Shown piece by piece: positions 49,006 through 62,839 of a DNA stretch of 64,000 nucleotides (the first letter of the stretch is position 1; every line of letters begins with the position of its first letter). The position numbers and the translations under genes were made by a program. The notes under the pieces are model-generated. The model worked only from the letters and a program-made list of their open reading frames with translations. It searched no databases and was not told the origin of the DNA. This stretch comes from Octopus vulgaris (lineage: Eukaryota), in contig OX597843.1 of assembly GCA_951406725.2 (NCBI GenBank), positions 19,034,001 to 19,098,000 of the forward strand, read 5' to 3'.

Positions 49006-49579
49006 GTAAGTTCAATCTTTGTTGATAATAATAACGTAATATCTCTCCCTGCTTTTCTAATTTATATTGTATCATTGTATTTCTGTTTATCAGTGTATGG
49101 CGATATGTACGAGTGTATGTGTTTTTCTGAGAGTGAACTGTTTATAAATCATCCTGCCACACTAATGAAATACATTACTCACAGTTACACACAGTTCACA
49201 CAGATAAAGACAAAGTGTGAGGGACATACTTTCATCGAGATTTAATTGCGATTACACATTTTATTAATATTTATGGATTTTCAGATTTCAAAAAGGAATT
49301 CGTTTTTTTTCGAGGAATAACAACTTCAGAAGCTTTCTGGGTTAAACACGCATACACAGTCCCATACACTGGCATTTAGAGACGCGCACACACACGCACG
49401 CACACACACGCACGCACACACACACACACGCACGCACACACACACACGCACGTACACACACACATAACTATCTATCTATCTATCTATATATATATATATA
49501 TACAGGCGCTGGTGTTAATGTAATAAGAAGGTTCTTACAAACCACATACTCCTAAACTCAGTATTACCCTGTGAAATAC

Positions 49580-49673
49580 TTGGGCAAGTGTCTTCTGCTA
49601 TAGCCCCGGGCCGACCAATGCCTTGTGAGTTGATTTGGTAGACGGAAACTGAAACAAGCCTGTCGTATATATG

Positions 49674-49706
<33 letters not shown>

Positions 49707-49878
49707 ATGTATGTGTGTGTGTTTACGTCCCCGTCACTTAGCGGTTCGGCAAAAGAATAAGTACTGGGCTTACAAAAAAGAATAAGTCCCGGAGTCGATT
49801 TGCTCGACTAAAGGCGGTGCTCCAGCATGGCCGCAGTCAAATGACTGAAACAAGTAAAAGAGTAAAAGAGTAAAAGAG

Positions 49879-49880
<2 letters not shown>
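49580..49880 (+). mobile_element. Headless young SINE body between two copies of an older SINE head
   Basis: Starts at CTTGGGCAAGTGTC; flanked by duplicated CAGGCGCTGGTGTTAATGTA..AAACCACATACTCCTAAACTCAGT.TTACCCTGTGAAATAC. Confidence 0.8.
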
Positions 49881-49909
<29 letters not shown>

Positions 49910-49921
49910 GCGCTGGTGTTA

Positions 49922-49962
<41 letters not shown>

Positions 49963-51005
49963 CGCAAACCACATACTCCTAAACCACATACTCCTAAACT
50001 CAGTGTTACCCTGTGAAATACGCGTGACTTTTCCTTTTACCTCGGGTCAACCAATTCCTTTAGAGGGGATTTTGTAGACGGAAACTGAAACAAGTCTGTC
50101 GTATGATGCATGTATATGTATATATGAGTGCCTTTGCCTTTCTTTTTGTCTCCAGCCACCTCTTAACAAATGGCACTGCTGTCTTTCCCACGTGCTCACT
50201 CATCAGTACCCTATGGCTGCGACGATAAGTAGAAGCAATTTTAGTGTTGTGCTTTAAAGAAATGTCGTTTAATTCTTTTTCTCTTATTTCTCTGTGTATA
50301 AAATTCATCGGATGCTGTGCCAGTTCAGATGTAGATCGTGTGACTGGACTATTCCATTGGGTCATGGTTTACTCACTTTTCTATGTTTTCGCTTACTCTT
50401 TTACTTGTTTATATTCTTTGCCAACATTTTCTATTTCTTTTTCTTCTCTCCTTCCATAATTTTCTTTTCTTCATTTCTGACTTTCATTTTATTTCCTCTC
50501 TTTTTAAAATCATCATCATCATCACCCCATCATCATCATCATCATCATCTCCACCATCATCATCACTATCACCATTTTCATCCTAATTTATACCATATTT
50601 AGTCATTATCTTCATCAGCATTAACCTACCATTCATATCCTAAACTAAAACATCATCATCATCATTGTTTCTTCTTTTTCTTGTATTTCTCCTCCTCCTC
50701 CTCCTCCTCCTACGTCCGTTTTATTTTTTCTCTTCATCCACTTCCTCTTCTCTCTCTTTTTTCTTCTTCATTTCTTCTATTAAATCATTCTTGCTCTTGT
50801 TCTTCTCGCATTCTTCTTCTTCTTCATCATATTCTTCACCTTAATTTTACTCTTCGTTGACTGCTTCCTCTTTTTTACCTCTTTCATATTTCTCTTCTTC
50901 ATCTTCTTGTCTAGTTCTTCTTCTTGTTCTCGTACTTGTTCTTTTTCTGATTGTTCATTTTCTGCTTCTTCTTTTCTCCCCTTCCTCCTCCTCCTCACCA
51001 TTCTT

Positions 51006-51073
<68 letters not shown>

Positions 51074-51077
51074 CATC

Positions 51078-51140
<63 letters not shown>

Positions 51141-51643
51141 TATTTACTATTGCATCTTTTCTGTAACTCTTATTCTTCTTTTTCCGCTTTTCTGTTTCGT
51201 ATTCCTTTCGTTCATGTTCCTCCATTTTTATTTTCATTTCATTTCTTTTCTATTCACGCCATTCCTAATTTTCTACATTTCTTCTTATTGTCCATCTTAC
51301 TCATCTTACTCTTCTTCTTCTTCTTCATCTTGTTCTTTTTCTTCTTCATATTCTTTTCTTTTCGCTTCTTCTTTATTTGTTACTAAACTTATTTTCTTCT
51401 TGTATGTTTCTATATTTTCTTCATCACCTTCTTGTTCTTCTCCTTTTTCAACATCCAGTTTATTTCTTCACGTTATTTCTTCTTCTTCTTCTTCTTCTTC
51501 TTCTTCTTCTTCTTCTTCTTCTTCTTCTTCTTCTTCTTCTTCTTCTTTATCATAATCTGTCTTGTCATCGTTTGTTCCATTTCAGACACATTATTCAATA
51601 TGTTGTCACACATATTCTCCATAATTGTTATTTATTGCTACAG

Positions 51644-51715
51644 ATATTTAGACGGAAATAATATTTTGGGTATTGAAGATGGAAGCTTTCACGGTCTTAA
51701 TGATTTACAGAAATT
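51644..51715 (+). CDS. LRR exon B' (YLDGNNILGIEDGSFHGLNDLQKL)
   Basis: 72 nt, CAG/..TT/GTAAG, phase 2-2. Confidence 0.93.
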
Positions 51716-51939
51716 GTAAGTTCGTTCACTTTTGAAAATAATGCATTATGAATGTGAATTTTACATAAACTTGCTGTCCTCTCGTTTCTCTTCCCCTCAC
51801 TCTTTTTAACCCTGTACTTCGTATTCAATTCCCATATTGACACAATATCTGTTTGACTGATTCTGAAGCCGAGAACGACTGGGATACTATATATGTCTGC
51901 ATCAAAACTTATTAATGGAAATGCATCTGTGAATGTTCA

Positions 51940-52045
51940 TGTATATGTGAGTGTCTGAATGTATATGTGAGTGTCTGAATGTATATGTGAGTGTCTGAAT
52001 GTATATGTGAGTGTCTGAATGTATATGTGAGTGTCTGAATGTATG
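51940..52045. repeat. 20-bp tandem repeat (GTATATGTGAGTGTCTGAAT) x5
   Basis: Direct read. Confidence 0.95.
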
Positions 52046-52717
52046 TGTGACCAAACAACTTGTATTCATATGTTTTGTCTTCTTTTCCTACGGCTTGTTC
52101 TGTTCAGTTTTCTCACTGATTTCTTCTATTCATCTCCGACTTCATTCACTTCAGGTATATATTTCTGAAACAGAAACTTGTAGATGGACAATTGAAAAAT
52201 ATTAATTCTTAGAAAATAATCATTTTTTTTTCTCTCTGTAAACAATACCAACTGCCAGCACTTGTAATGTCCATCAATTGCCCAGATATTTTCACCCCGA
52301 TGGTTTATTTATAAATATGTGATGTTTTCACATGTTCTTTCCTTTCTCTTCTTTTCGATTAATATTCTCTCTCTCATCATATTTGCGAGGAAGGCGTTTC
52401 AATGTGCGAGTGTTAGTGTAACCGTGGGTATGATTACACAACTCTATCATATTTTATGCACAAGTGTATCCGTGAATGTAAGTGGAAAACTGTATGTGTA
52501 TACGTGTATATCTGACAGCATGCATCTGTGTTTTTCTTTTCTAACTTGTTATCTTCTTCGAAAGTCTGTTCTCAATCTCCAAATTATTTGTTGTTTTCTC
52601 TATTGCTACTTTCTCTGCTTTTATCCATCATCTTTTAAACATGTCTTCCCTTGTTTTCCATTCTCACATCTTTATCTTCTGTTGCTTCTGTCTCTTTGAA
52701 TTATTATTATTATTATT

Positions 52718-52753
<36 letters not shown>

Positions 52754-52802
52754 TTTTTTGTCGCAATCTGTCAGAATTTTCCATATGTATTTTCTACTAT
52801 AG

Positions 52803-52874
52803 ATCTCTTCACGTAAATAATATTACACATATTAAAAGAGGAACGTTCCAGAATCTTCCGAAGTTAAAGGAACT
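52803..52874 (+). CDS. LRR exon C' (SLHVNNITHIKRGTFQNLPKLKEL)
   Basis: 72 nt, TAG/..CT/GTAAGT, phase 2-2. Confidence 0.92.
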
Positions 52875-53133
52875 GTAAGTTCGTTTCTCTTTGTTTCATA
52901 AAATTATTTTATGCATTCACTGTTCTCTCATTTCTTGTTCTCTCATTATATACTCTTCCTTGTGTATGAATATGAGTACAGCTGGAACTATATATGTTTA
53001 CATCAAAACATTTTAATACAAGTGTATCATGTATGTTCATATATATGTGAGTGTTGAAGTGTATATATATGTATATATCTATACACACACACACACACAT
53101 ATATATATATACATACACATGTATATATAGGTA

Positions 53134-53179
<46 letters not shown>

Positions 53180-53198
53180 CATATATACCTATATATAC

Positions 53199-53231
<33 letters not shown>

Positions 53232-53235
53232 ATAG

Positions 53236-53283
<48 letters not shown>

Positions 53284-54296
53284 CAGCAAACACACCCGTT
53301 CTTTGGAGGGTTTAAGTTGCTTTTGTGGTATTTTTTCACCAAATAATTGAACTACCGAGAAGGTTTATGTGTAGCATGGGAATCTGTTTCCGATTAAGCT
53401 AGGAACGGAAAATCAAATTGAAGGCTGGTTATTGTGGAGGTCGTTGCACTTTTAATGATCATAGATAATATAAGTTTGCAAGTCATGTAAAGTAGAGCTA
53501 CTGAAGTGTTTTGGGAGTAGATTACGGATAATGACTACAAAATATAGTTGTTTTACATGGAAGCGAAATTTCTTGTCAGAAACAGCCACATAAATGGTGT
53601 AAGGAAATTGAAGGAAAATGTTGAAACTTCCCCTCTGCAAGTTTATTTTTTCAACAGCAAAGGGAGCTATTTTTTTCGGAGAGAAAAGCTAACAAAAGCC
53701 CCTTCATTCTATCTTCCCACATAGCGCGCACATAAACTTACAACGAATGCTGCATAAAGTTAAATTGGTATGGAACTTCCTGAAAGATACGTATAGCTTT
53801 CGCTAGTGGAAGCAAAACTCTTATTTAAAGATTGATTTTGAGGGACGAACCATATGTGAGTGTTTAAAAAAGGCTAGAATGACAATGTTAAACAGTATTT
53901 GAAACAGTGGACAGCAGTCGAAATATTATAATGGCTGGGTAAAGAAGCATCCTTAAAGTGAAACAACAGTATCAAAGGTAAAAAATAAGGAATCAACAAT
54001 CAGAATAGTAACTCAGTAACTCAGAATAGGTAAAGGTAAGCTTGCCAAAGTTTAATGCAGTTTCAATCCTTTCGCTATTATAAAAAGATTAGTCACCAGC
54101 AGCTTGCATGAGCTTGCTAGCGCTTTGGCTTAATAAGTTTATACAACCGTGAAAAAAATCGATGATGCTTTTGCAGTAAAGCTGCAGCTCGCAACGATGA
54201 CGTCATTTGAAGCGTTACTTGCCAGGAAAAATTCAACATTTTTGTTTAATTTTCAAACGTTTTCGATCTTAAAAGCAAAATTTCGCGTCGACTAAA

Positions 54297-54390
54297 ATGT
54301 GCATTATAGCCCTCCTCAAGTGCTGCATGTGCATTATAGCCCTCCTCAAGTGCTGCATGTGCATTATAGCCCTCCTCAAGTGCTGCATGC
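54297..54390. repeat. 30-bp tandem repeat x3
   Basis: ATGTGCATTATAGCCCTCCTCAAGTGCTGC. Confidence 0.95.
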
Positions 54391-54779
54391 AGATATAATA
54401 TTTTTTTTCTAAAAAGGCTTACAATCTGATTAGAAAAAATTTAAAAGAAAATGAGGGCAAAAAGCACTCGTTTTTCACAAGGAAAAATCTTTGTTTAGTA
54501 GCCTGAATTTCGCGACAAAATGCATGATTATAAAGCACAACAGCCCAAAGTGCATGCCTTTCGGCGTTAGATGCCAATCGCGCCAATCTGGAGAGTCTTA
54601 GAGGCCCCTTGAATCGATGAAAAATCACTCTTCTCACCATAGCAACCGCGTCTTTCCAAAGAAATGAAGGAACACTTCTATGCTTCTGTCAATTTTCAGC
54701 TCGATCCGACCGCTGGTCTGGCTGCCAACGTCTGACGTAGCAAAATGTGCCCACAATTTTGACCCAAAGCCTCTTTGCT

Positions 54780-55365
54780 CCACAGCTTCTTCCCTGCCCC
54801 TACCTCCCAACCTGGCTCGTTCCCCTGCACCCGCCCACGTTGCCGCACTTGCCCTTACCTCTCCAACACCACCCTCCTCACCGGCACCCATCATCGACCC
54901 TGTCGCATCATCGATTCCTTCACCTGCACCTCCAGCAATATCATCTATTGCATCTCCTGCTCTCTCTGCCATTCCCTGTACATCGGACAAACGAGACGCC
55001 GTTTGGCTGACCGGTTCGCTTATACGCATACGCTCTTTCACACACACATACATACTCTCTTATACACACATGCACCTTCGTGCTGGGGCGAAGTCACTCG
55101 ACCCTGTTATCTCCCCTACTATCCCTCTATCGACTAACGTCTGACCTCTGACCTCTGACTTCTGCCTGAAGTCAGAACGCCATTATGGACCGCTAGCTCC
55201 TACACGCATTTTTTTCTCTCCTTGTTTCTTTTCTGTGTATCTTTCTGTCGAAGAGCGTAGGCTCGAAACGTAAAAGACGTTTTCTATTTCTATTCCTGAG
55301 CGCCATACTAATACATTTGTTTGTTTGTACTCCACCTGCCTTCGTCTTTTGTTTATTTTCGTAAA
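54780..55365 (+). mobile_element. Penelope-like 3' fragment (Cys-rich linker + GIY-YIG start + pLTR)
   Basis: PGSFPCTRPRCRTCPYL..SFTCTSSNIIYCISCSLCHSLYIGQTRRRLADRF; followed by a hammerhead-like motif. Confidence 0.85.
55240..55277 (+). ncRNA. Minimal type I hammerhead-like motif (variant core) in Penelope pLTR
   Basis: TCTTT-CTGTCGA-A-GAGC(GTAG)GCTC-GAAA-CGTA-AAAGA; stems I and II perfect, palindromic ACGT, core differs from CUGANGA at A6. Confidence 0.6.
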
Positions 55366-56912
55366 GAGAAGGTAAAAAAGACGGAAAACAGAATTTAATA
55401 CGGGAATGAATATATATGAATATATATATGAATACATCTTACGGGAATATATATATGACTATATCCGTATTCATATGTCTTACCTCCACCTTCGCTATTC
55501 ATTCCCGTATTAAATTCTGTTTTCCCTCCTTTTTACCTCCTCTTCTTCCCAATTTGCCTATTCCTCTTCACTTCCTTCTTTCACTTTAGTTCATTTATCT
55601 AATACAACCTGTATATGAAGGTGTGGTATATATAAATATTTATAATATAGTCACGTGTTCGCCCTCTCTAAACGTCACCAAATTACAGCACTTGAAACCT
55701 GCATCATTTTCTTCATATTTCTCCACTGCTGATATATTTCTAGATACTTGAACTTTTCTTATGTTTCCGCCTCTCTGGCCGTTTCACTTTCAAATTGATA
55801 TCCTCTCTCGCCATACATGTGTGTGAATGTGTATGAATGTATGTGTAAACAATGGCAAAAGCTGAACCACATTTTCATACCTTGTGCTTAAATGAACGCG
55901 TGTTTCACTGTATGTGCCCATGTGTCTCTCTGACTAAGGCATCTCTGTTATTTTTCAATAATGTTTTCTTCCTCCAAAGCCCTTTCTCAATCTCCGAAAA
56001 AGTCGAATCCGTTTCTTAAATTACGTTTTCTATATTTTTAAGTTGTATCGCATTTTTGTTTTCAGCATGCATGCATTCCTACAATTTTCTTCTTCTCCTT
56101 CTACTTCTCCTTCTTCTTCTTCTTCATTTTCTTCCTCCTCTTCTTCTTCTTCTTCTTCTTCTTCATTTTATCCTCCTCATCTTCTTCTTCGTCTTCTTCT
56201 TCCTCCTCTTCTTCTTCTTCTTCTTCTTCTTCTTCTTCTTCTCCTTCTTCGTCGTCTTCTGCTACTTCTCCTTCGTCTTCTTCTTCTTCTTCTTCTTCTT
56301 CTTCTTCTTCTGCTTCTTCTCCTTCTTCTTCTTCTTCTTCTTCTTCGTCTTCTTCTTCTTCTTCTTCTTCTTCTTCTTCATTTTCTTTCTTCTTCTTCTT
56401 CTTCCTCGTCTTCTTCTTCTTCCTGTTCGTCTTCTTTATCTTTTGGCATTTCTTTTTTCTTTCTTTTTCTTTTATTACTACATCTCTCCCTTCTTCATCC
56501 GCTCCATCTTCTACACGTCTCCTTTTCGTCTTATTCGTCTTCTTCTTGTTCTTCCTTTTCTTCGTTTTCTTCTTCTCCTCCTTTTTCTTCCTTCTCTCCT
56601 TTTTAATCTTCATCTTGTTTTTAATCTCCTTCTCTTCTGTTACTTCGTCTTCTTCTTGCTCTCTTCGTCTCCTTTTCCTTCTGTTTCCTCTACATTTTCC
56701 TTTTCTTTTTTCCTTCTTCCTTCTTCTTCCCCTTCTTTCGTTTCTCCATTTTCTTTTGCTATTGTTTTTCTTCTTGTTTTTCGTCTTTTTCCTCCCATCC
56801 TTCTTCTATATTATAATCTATGTTGTTATCGTTTGTTTTATTCAAGACACTCATACAATATTTCATCACAAATATTCTCCATAAAAATTATTCTCGTTCT
56901 TTACTGCTACAG

Positions 56913-56984
56913 ATATGTTTACAGCAATAATATTTCGAGTATTGAACAAGGAAGCTTCCAGGGTCTTCCAAGACTAGAGATATT
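56913..56984 (+). CDS. LRR exon D' (YVYSNNISSIEQGSFQGLPRLEIL)
   Basis: 72 nt, CAG/..TT/GTAAGC, phase 2-2. Confidence 0.93.
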
Positions 56985-57080
56985 GTAAGCTCCTTCACTT
57001 TTCTTGCAAAATATTATGAATTCTATTTTTATATAAATTTAGTGTACACTCCATTTCATTTCCTACGCTTTTTATCACTC

Positions 57081-58499
57081 TCATATTCGGTCACCCATAT
57101 AAGTACTACTCGTATTCTGTCACCTATATAAGTACTACTCATATTCTGTCACCCATATAAGTGCTACTCATATTCGGTCACCCATACAAGTACTACTCAT
57201 ATTCTGTCACCCATACAAGTACTACTCATATTCGGTCACCCATACAAGTACTACTCATATTCGGTCACCCATATAAGTACTACTCATATTCTGTCACCCA
57301 TACAAGTACTACTCATATTCGGTCACCCATACAAGTACTACTCATATTCTGTCACCCATACAAGTACTACTCATATTCGGTCACCCATATAAGTACTACT
57401 CATATTCTGTCACCCATATAAGTGCTACTCATATTCGGTCACCCATACAAGTACTACTCATATTCTGTCACCCATACAAGTACTACTCATATTCTGTCAC
57501 CCATACAAGTACTACTCATATTCGGTCACCCATATAAGTACTACTCATATTCTGTCACCCATACAAGTACTACTCATATTCGGTCACCCATACAAGTACT
57601 ACTCATATTCTGTCACCCATACAAGTACTACTCATATTCGGTCACCCATACAAGTACTACTCATATTCGGTCACCCATATAAGTACTACTCATATTCTGT
57701 CACCCATATAAGTACTACTCATATTCGGTCACCCATATAAGTGCTACTCATATTCGGTCACCCATATAAGTACTACTCATATTCTGTCACCCATATAAGT
57801 GCTACTCATATTCGGTCACCCATATAAGTACTACTCATATTCTGTCACCCATATAAGTACTACTCATATTCTGTCACCCATATAAGTACTACTCATATTC
57901 TGTCACCCATATAAGTACTACTCATATTCTGTCACCCATATAAGTACTACTCGTATTCTGTCACCCATATAAGTACTACTCATATTCGGTCACCCATATA
58001 AGTACTACTCGTATTCGGTCACCCATATAAGTACTACTCATATTCGGTCACCCATATAAGTACTACTCATATTCGGTCACCCATATAAGTACTACTCGTA
58101 TTCTGTCACCCATATAAGTACTACTCGTATTCGGTCACCCATATAAGTACTACTCGTATTCGGTCACCCATATAAGTACTACTCGTATTCTGTCACCCAT
58201 ATAAGTACTACTCATATTCGGTCACCCATATAAGTACTACTCATATTCGGTCACCCATGTAAGTACTACTCATATTCTGTCACCCATACAAGTACTACTC
58301 ATATTCTGTCACCCATATAAGTGCTACTCATATTCGGTCACCCATATAAGTACTACTCATATTCTGTCACCCATATAAGTACTACTCATATTCTGTCACC
58401 CATATAAGTACTACTCATATTCTGTCACCCATATAAGTACTACTCATATTCTGTCACCCATATAAGTACTACTCATATTCTGTCACCCATATAAGTACT
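57081..58499. repeat. 29-bp minisatellite, ~49 copies
   Basis: Unit TCATATTCKGTCACCCATAYAAGTACTAC head-to-tail, no spacers. Confidence 0.97.
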
Positions 58500-58979
58500 G
58501 TATAGTTGCGACTCTCTATTCTCCATTTTCGTCTTCTTTATTGCCTTTTTCGTGTTGTTCGTCTTCGCCTCTTCAATCTTCTTCTTCGTCCCCTTTTTTA
58601 TTACTACTACCACTACTACTACTGTTACACCTATATTTACTTCTACTTCTTACTTTTACATTGCTCATGTTCTTCATATATTTCCTCTTCGTAAAATATT
58701 GTCTCAGCAATTTATTCTATTTCTGGTGCATCGGATTCTTTTCATCAACTTCGATTTTCTTAAATCTAGACGTTCTCTGATTGATTTTCCTTCAAGGTCT
58801 CCCATATTAACATCATTTTCACTTCTGTAGTGCGTCTTTTATCGTCATGTTCATTATTATCATTAGGCTTTTTCTATGTCATTTTCTATGTCATTCATCT
58901 GATTGTAAGACTAAAAATTGAATAGTTTATCTGAAAAATTTCGTTTACTCTTTCCTGTATACATTGTTTTATGTTACAG

Positions 58980-59051
58980 ATATCTCAAGAATAATACGAT
59001 CGAGAAAATCGATCGTGGACTCTTCCACGGCCTTACCAATTTACAGTTATT
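58980..59051 (+). CDS. LRR exon E' (YLKNNTIEKIDRGLFHGLTNLQLL)
   Basis: 72 nt, CAG/..TT/GTAAGT, phase 2-2. Confidence 0.93.
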
Positions 59052-59307
59052 GTAAGTTCAATTTCTCTCGATAAAATTTCATAGACGTAATATCTCTAGA
59101 AATTATATATCTTCCTTTTCTCACTCACACTGTCTGTCTGATTGTCTCTCTCTTTTTTTCTCTCTCTTTCTCTCTAACTTATTTTTGATATTTTGTGTAT
59201 AAGACTATGATTCTATGCGAATATGTATCGTTGTATGTCAGTGTTTTTGCGTATATGTTCATGATTGTTGGTGCGTCTATGTGTGTATAAGACAAAACAT
59301 AGATATT

Positions 59308-59351
<44 letters not shown>

Positions 59352-60608
59352 AAAATATATATAAACAGGTATGTATGTGTCTTTGTGTATATGTTTATCC
59401 TCAATCGTCGCTTTAGTTCAGGTGATAGTGTTTCCGCCCTCGTAACTGGACGATTAGGCAAAAAAGACTGAGACAATAAGTAAATAACTATAAATATAGC
59501 AGCGGTGGCGATTTCTTCAACTAAACGTCTATAAATTGGTGTGCCATTATGGCCGCATTCTAATGTGTGAAATAAGTTAAAGTATTGATATATTTATGTA
59601 TGTATATTGCGACCAAGTCGGTGACTTGTGCTGATGTGGATGATCCCATCGCTGTACTACTTTATTCCATAATTTACCATCAATGTTTACCGCAAATATT
59701 ACGCCTATTTTGTGTCGGGACATACCTGTGTGTTTCATACTATAAATCAGTGCTTTATTAACAGCCATCGAATTACTTCTTGGGTATCTGATCAAGGCGC
59801 TAATTTAGTTTTGATTCAGGGCAGGCGGTATTTTATCAAGGATTTTCTTACTAATCATTCCTGTATCTGATTTAGATGGACAAACCAGTGTAACTTAGGG
59901 ATCAAATGGAATTTAGGTTTATGGACTTTAATCATAATTCAGGATTTTCTAGTGATGTAAGGCTCAGTTCTATCATCTATACCTAAATCTCAGGCGAGTT
60001 ATTGTCCTGTATTTTTAATCTATGCTAACGTGTCATTATTCACGTGTCCATATTTACCGAGCAGTTCCTTCCTAATAATATACTTATCCAACGCAATACT
60101 AAGTGTAAATTTTGCATGGTTTTCTTCACTGGAACAATGATTCCTGGAGTTTTGACGATGTCATCAATTAGTCTTTTAATAATTTTCTCTAATTTTTTGT
60201 AACTTCTAGGGTATTTCCAGAACTTCCCGTTCTTAACTGTTCCACATAATTCTTCTTCAAATCTGGTTCGGTGATGGTTGGTCGATTGGTTGTTTCTTGA
60301 TTTACATACTTTTCTTAGTCGATCTCCATGTTCAGGTTTGCCATGTCATATCTTTTCTGTCAAAGAAGAAAGCTTTCTACCGTATTCTTTGTAGGAATTG
60401 GTTGACTTAAATAATGCTTCTTACTGGGTATAGGTACGTCCTTCCTTCCTCCTTCCTTCCTTCCATCATCCTTCTTCTTCTTCTTCTTCTTCTTCTTCTT
60501 CTTCTTCTTCTTCTTCTTCTCCTCCTCCCTGTGCTTCTTCTTTTTCTTCTTGTTTTTCTTCTTCTTCTTCTTCTTCTTTGCTGTTGTTGTTGTTGTTGTT
60601 CTTCTTCT

Positions 60609-60639
<31 letters not shown>

Positions 60640-62104
60640 TTTCTTCTTCTTCTTCTTCCCCTTCTTCTTCTTCTCCCTCTTTTTCTTCTACTTCCTCTTC
60701 CTCTTCCTCTTTTCTTCTACTTCTTCTTTTTCTTCTTTGCTGTTCTTGTTCTTGTTCTTCTTTCTTCTTATTCTTCCTCTTCTTCTCCTTCTCCTCCTCT
60801 TTGTCCTTCTTCTTCTTCTTCTTCTTCTTCTTCTTCTTCTTCTTCTTCTTCTTCTCCTTCTCCTCCTTGTGCTTCTCCTTCTTCTACTTCTTCTTCTTCT
60901 CCTCCTTGTGCTTCTCCTTCTACTTCTCCTCCTCCTTGTCCTTCTCCTTCTTCTTCTTCTTCTTCTTCTTCTTCTTCTTCTTCTCTTCCTTGTGCTTCTC
61001 CTTCTCCTTCTCCTCCTCCTTGTTCTTCTCCTTCTTCTTCTTCTTCTTCTTCTTCTTCTTCTTCTCCTTCTTCTTCTCCTTCTTCTTCTTCTTCTTCTTC
61101 TCCTTATTCTTCTCCTTCTTCTTCTTCTTCTTCTTCTTCTTCTTCTTCTTCTTCTTCTTCTCCTCCTTGTGCTTCTCCTTCTTCTTCTTCTTCTTCTTCT
61201 TCTTCTTCTTCTTCTTCTTCTTCTTCTCCCTGTGCTTCTTATCCTTCGGTATCTCATTCTTCGTAATTGTCATTGCTTTCTTCATTCTCGTTATCTCCGT
61301 CGTCTTCATTCTTCTTTTCCCTAATTTAGTTTTTAAGATTCAATATTCCCAATCTATAATATTTCTCTGAAATAGAATTGCGTATCAATACTCTTTCATG
61401 CCACAGACGTCTTCACCATTACAGTATCAGCAATATGGTCCAAGCATAATTCTAAATCCTTTTTGCTTTTCTTCTTGATTTATTCTTCTCTAATTCATTT
61501 TGTCTCACTCAATTTTTGTGTGAATGTATTTGAAAGTGTTTGAATGTATATCTTCGAAGGTATGTGTGGGTGTATCTACATCAGAGACTGATATCCTGGA
61601 CGAAATTGTATGTGTGTATGTGCATATAAGGGTATGTGTGACTGTACTATTTATATTCAAAGATATTTTCTCCTCCTTTCTGATTTTCCTTATTTTACTC
61701 ATCCTGCTTCTAATATGTGTTTCATTCCTTTTCACAATTTTTCTCTACGTGGTTCATGTTCATGTTTATGTTCATCAATTTCTGTTTCTTTCAAATTTTT
61801 CAACTGCTTTTTCATTTCTCATCTCATATTTGGTTCATCGTCTTCTTCTTGCACGTTTATAAATCTATACGATGTATGAATTATTTTCAGTCATCACCTT
61901 CCTTACCCCGCCCAGTCTGTCATTGTGTATCGCCTCTTTACTCCTCCCGCTCCCTCCTGCCTTCTGTATTCCCCTCCTCATTATCATCATTACGCATTTC
62001 TCTTTCACAGCCCTTCTTTTCATCAGATTTTAAGTCTACAATTTAATATTTTATCAGAAAACGTTTCTATGCTGTTTCCTTTCTAATTTGTTTTATGTGC
62101 ACAG

Positions 62105-62176
62105 AACTTTGGAGTATAATAAGATCGAGAAAATCGAACGTGGAAATTTCCTAAATCTTTACAATTTACAGAAACT
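62105..62176 (+). CDS. LRR exon A'' (TLEYNKIEKIERGNFLNLYNLQKL); gene continues beyond window
   Basis: 72 nt, CAG/..CT/GTAAGT, phase 2-2; third copy of exon A. Confidence 0.93.
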
Positions 62177-62744
62177 GTAAGTTCAACTTTTGCTGATAAT
62201 ATTTTTGTAACGTAATATCACTATAAATTTCAAGTCTATTACATGCACTCGCATTTACACACACACACACACACATACACACACATTTACACACACACAC
62301 ACACACATACACTCGCATTTACACACACACACACACACATACACTCGCATTTACACACACCCGCCCGCGCAGACTCAACTCACACACACGCGCAGACACA
62401 CACATGCACGTACACACCGACACGGAGATATACATATATAGAGGCGCAGTTACTACTGTAGTAAGAATGTTCTTACATATCACTTGGTCCTAAACCCAGT
62501 GTCACCCTGTGGCACCCCGTGCGCGTCAATTTTCCTTTTGCTTCGGGTCGACCAAAACTTTTAAGTGGGTTTCGTTGAGGAAAAGTCATACAAATCAGTC
62601 GTATGATACATATACATATACATATAATTTATATTGTATGTGTCTTTGTGTCTGCTTTTGTCCCTAACCCACTTAATGTTGGCAAAGAATATAATCAAGT
62701 AAAACGGTATGTGAAATCATAGAAATGTCAGTAATGGTGGGGGT

Positions 62745-62833
62745 GATGATGAAAATGATGATGAAAATGATGATGAAAATGATGATGAAAATGATGATGA
62801 AAATGATGATGAAAATGATGATGAAAATGATGA
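62745..62833. repeat. 12-bp tandem repeat (GATGATGAAAAT)n
   Basis: Direct read; abuts the Dong-type element. Confidence 0.9.
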
Positions 62834-62839
62834 TAGTGA

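Noticed and set aside
53295-54620. Possible non-autonomous DNA transposon in the C'-D' intron
   Set aside because: Looks inserted, but I could not find matching terminal repeats, a TSD or coding remnants.
57081-58499. CRISPR-like array of ~29-bp repeats
   Set aside because: Units are head-to-tail with no unique spacers, no cas genes, eukaryotic intron context.
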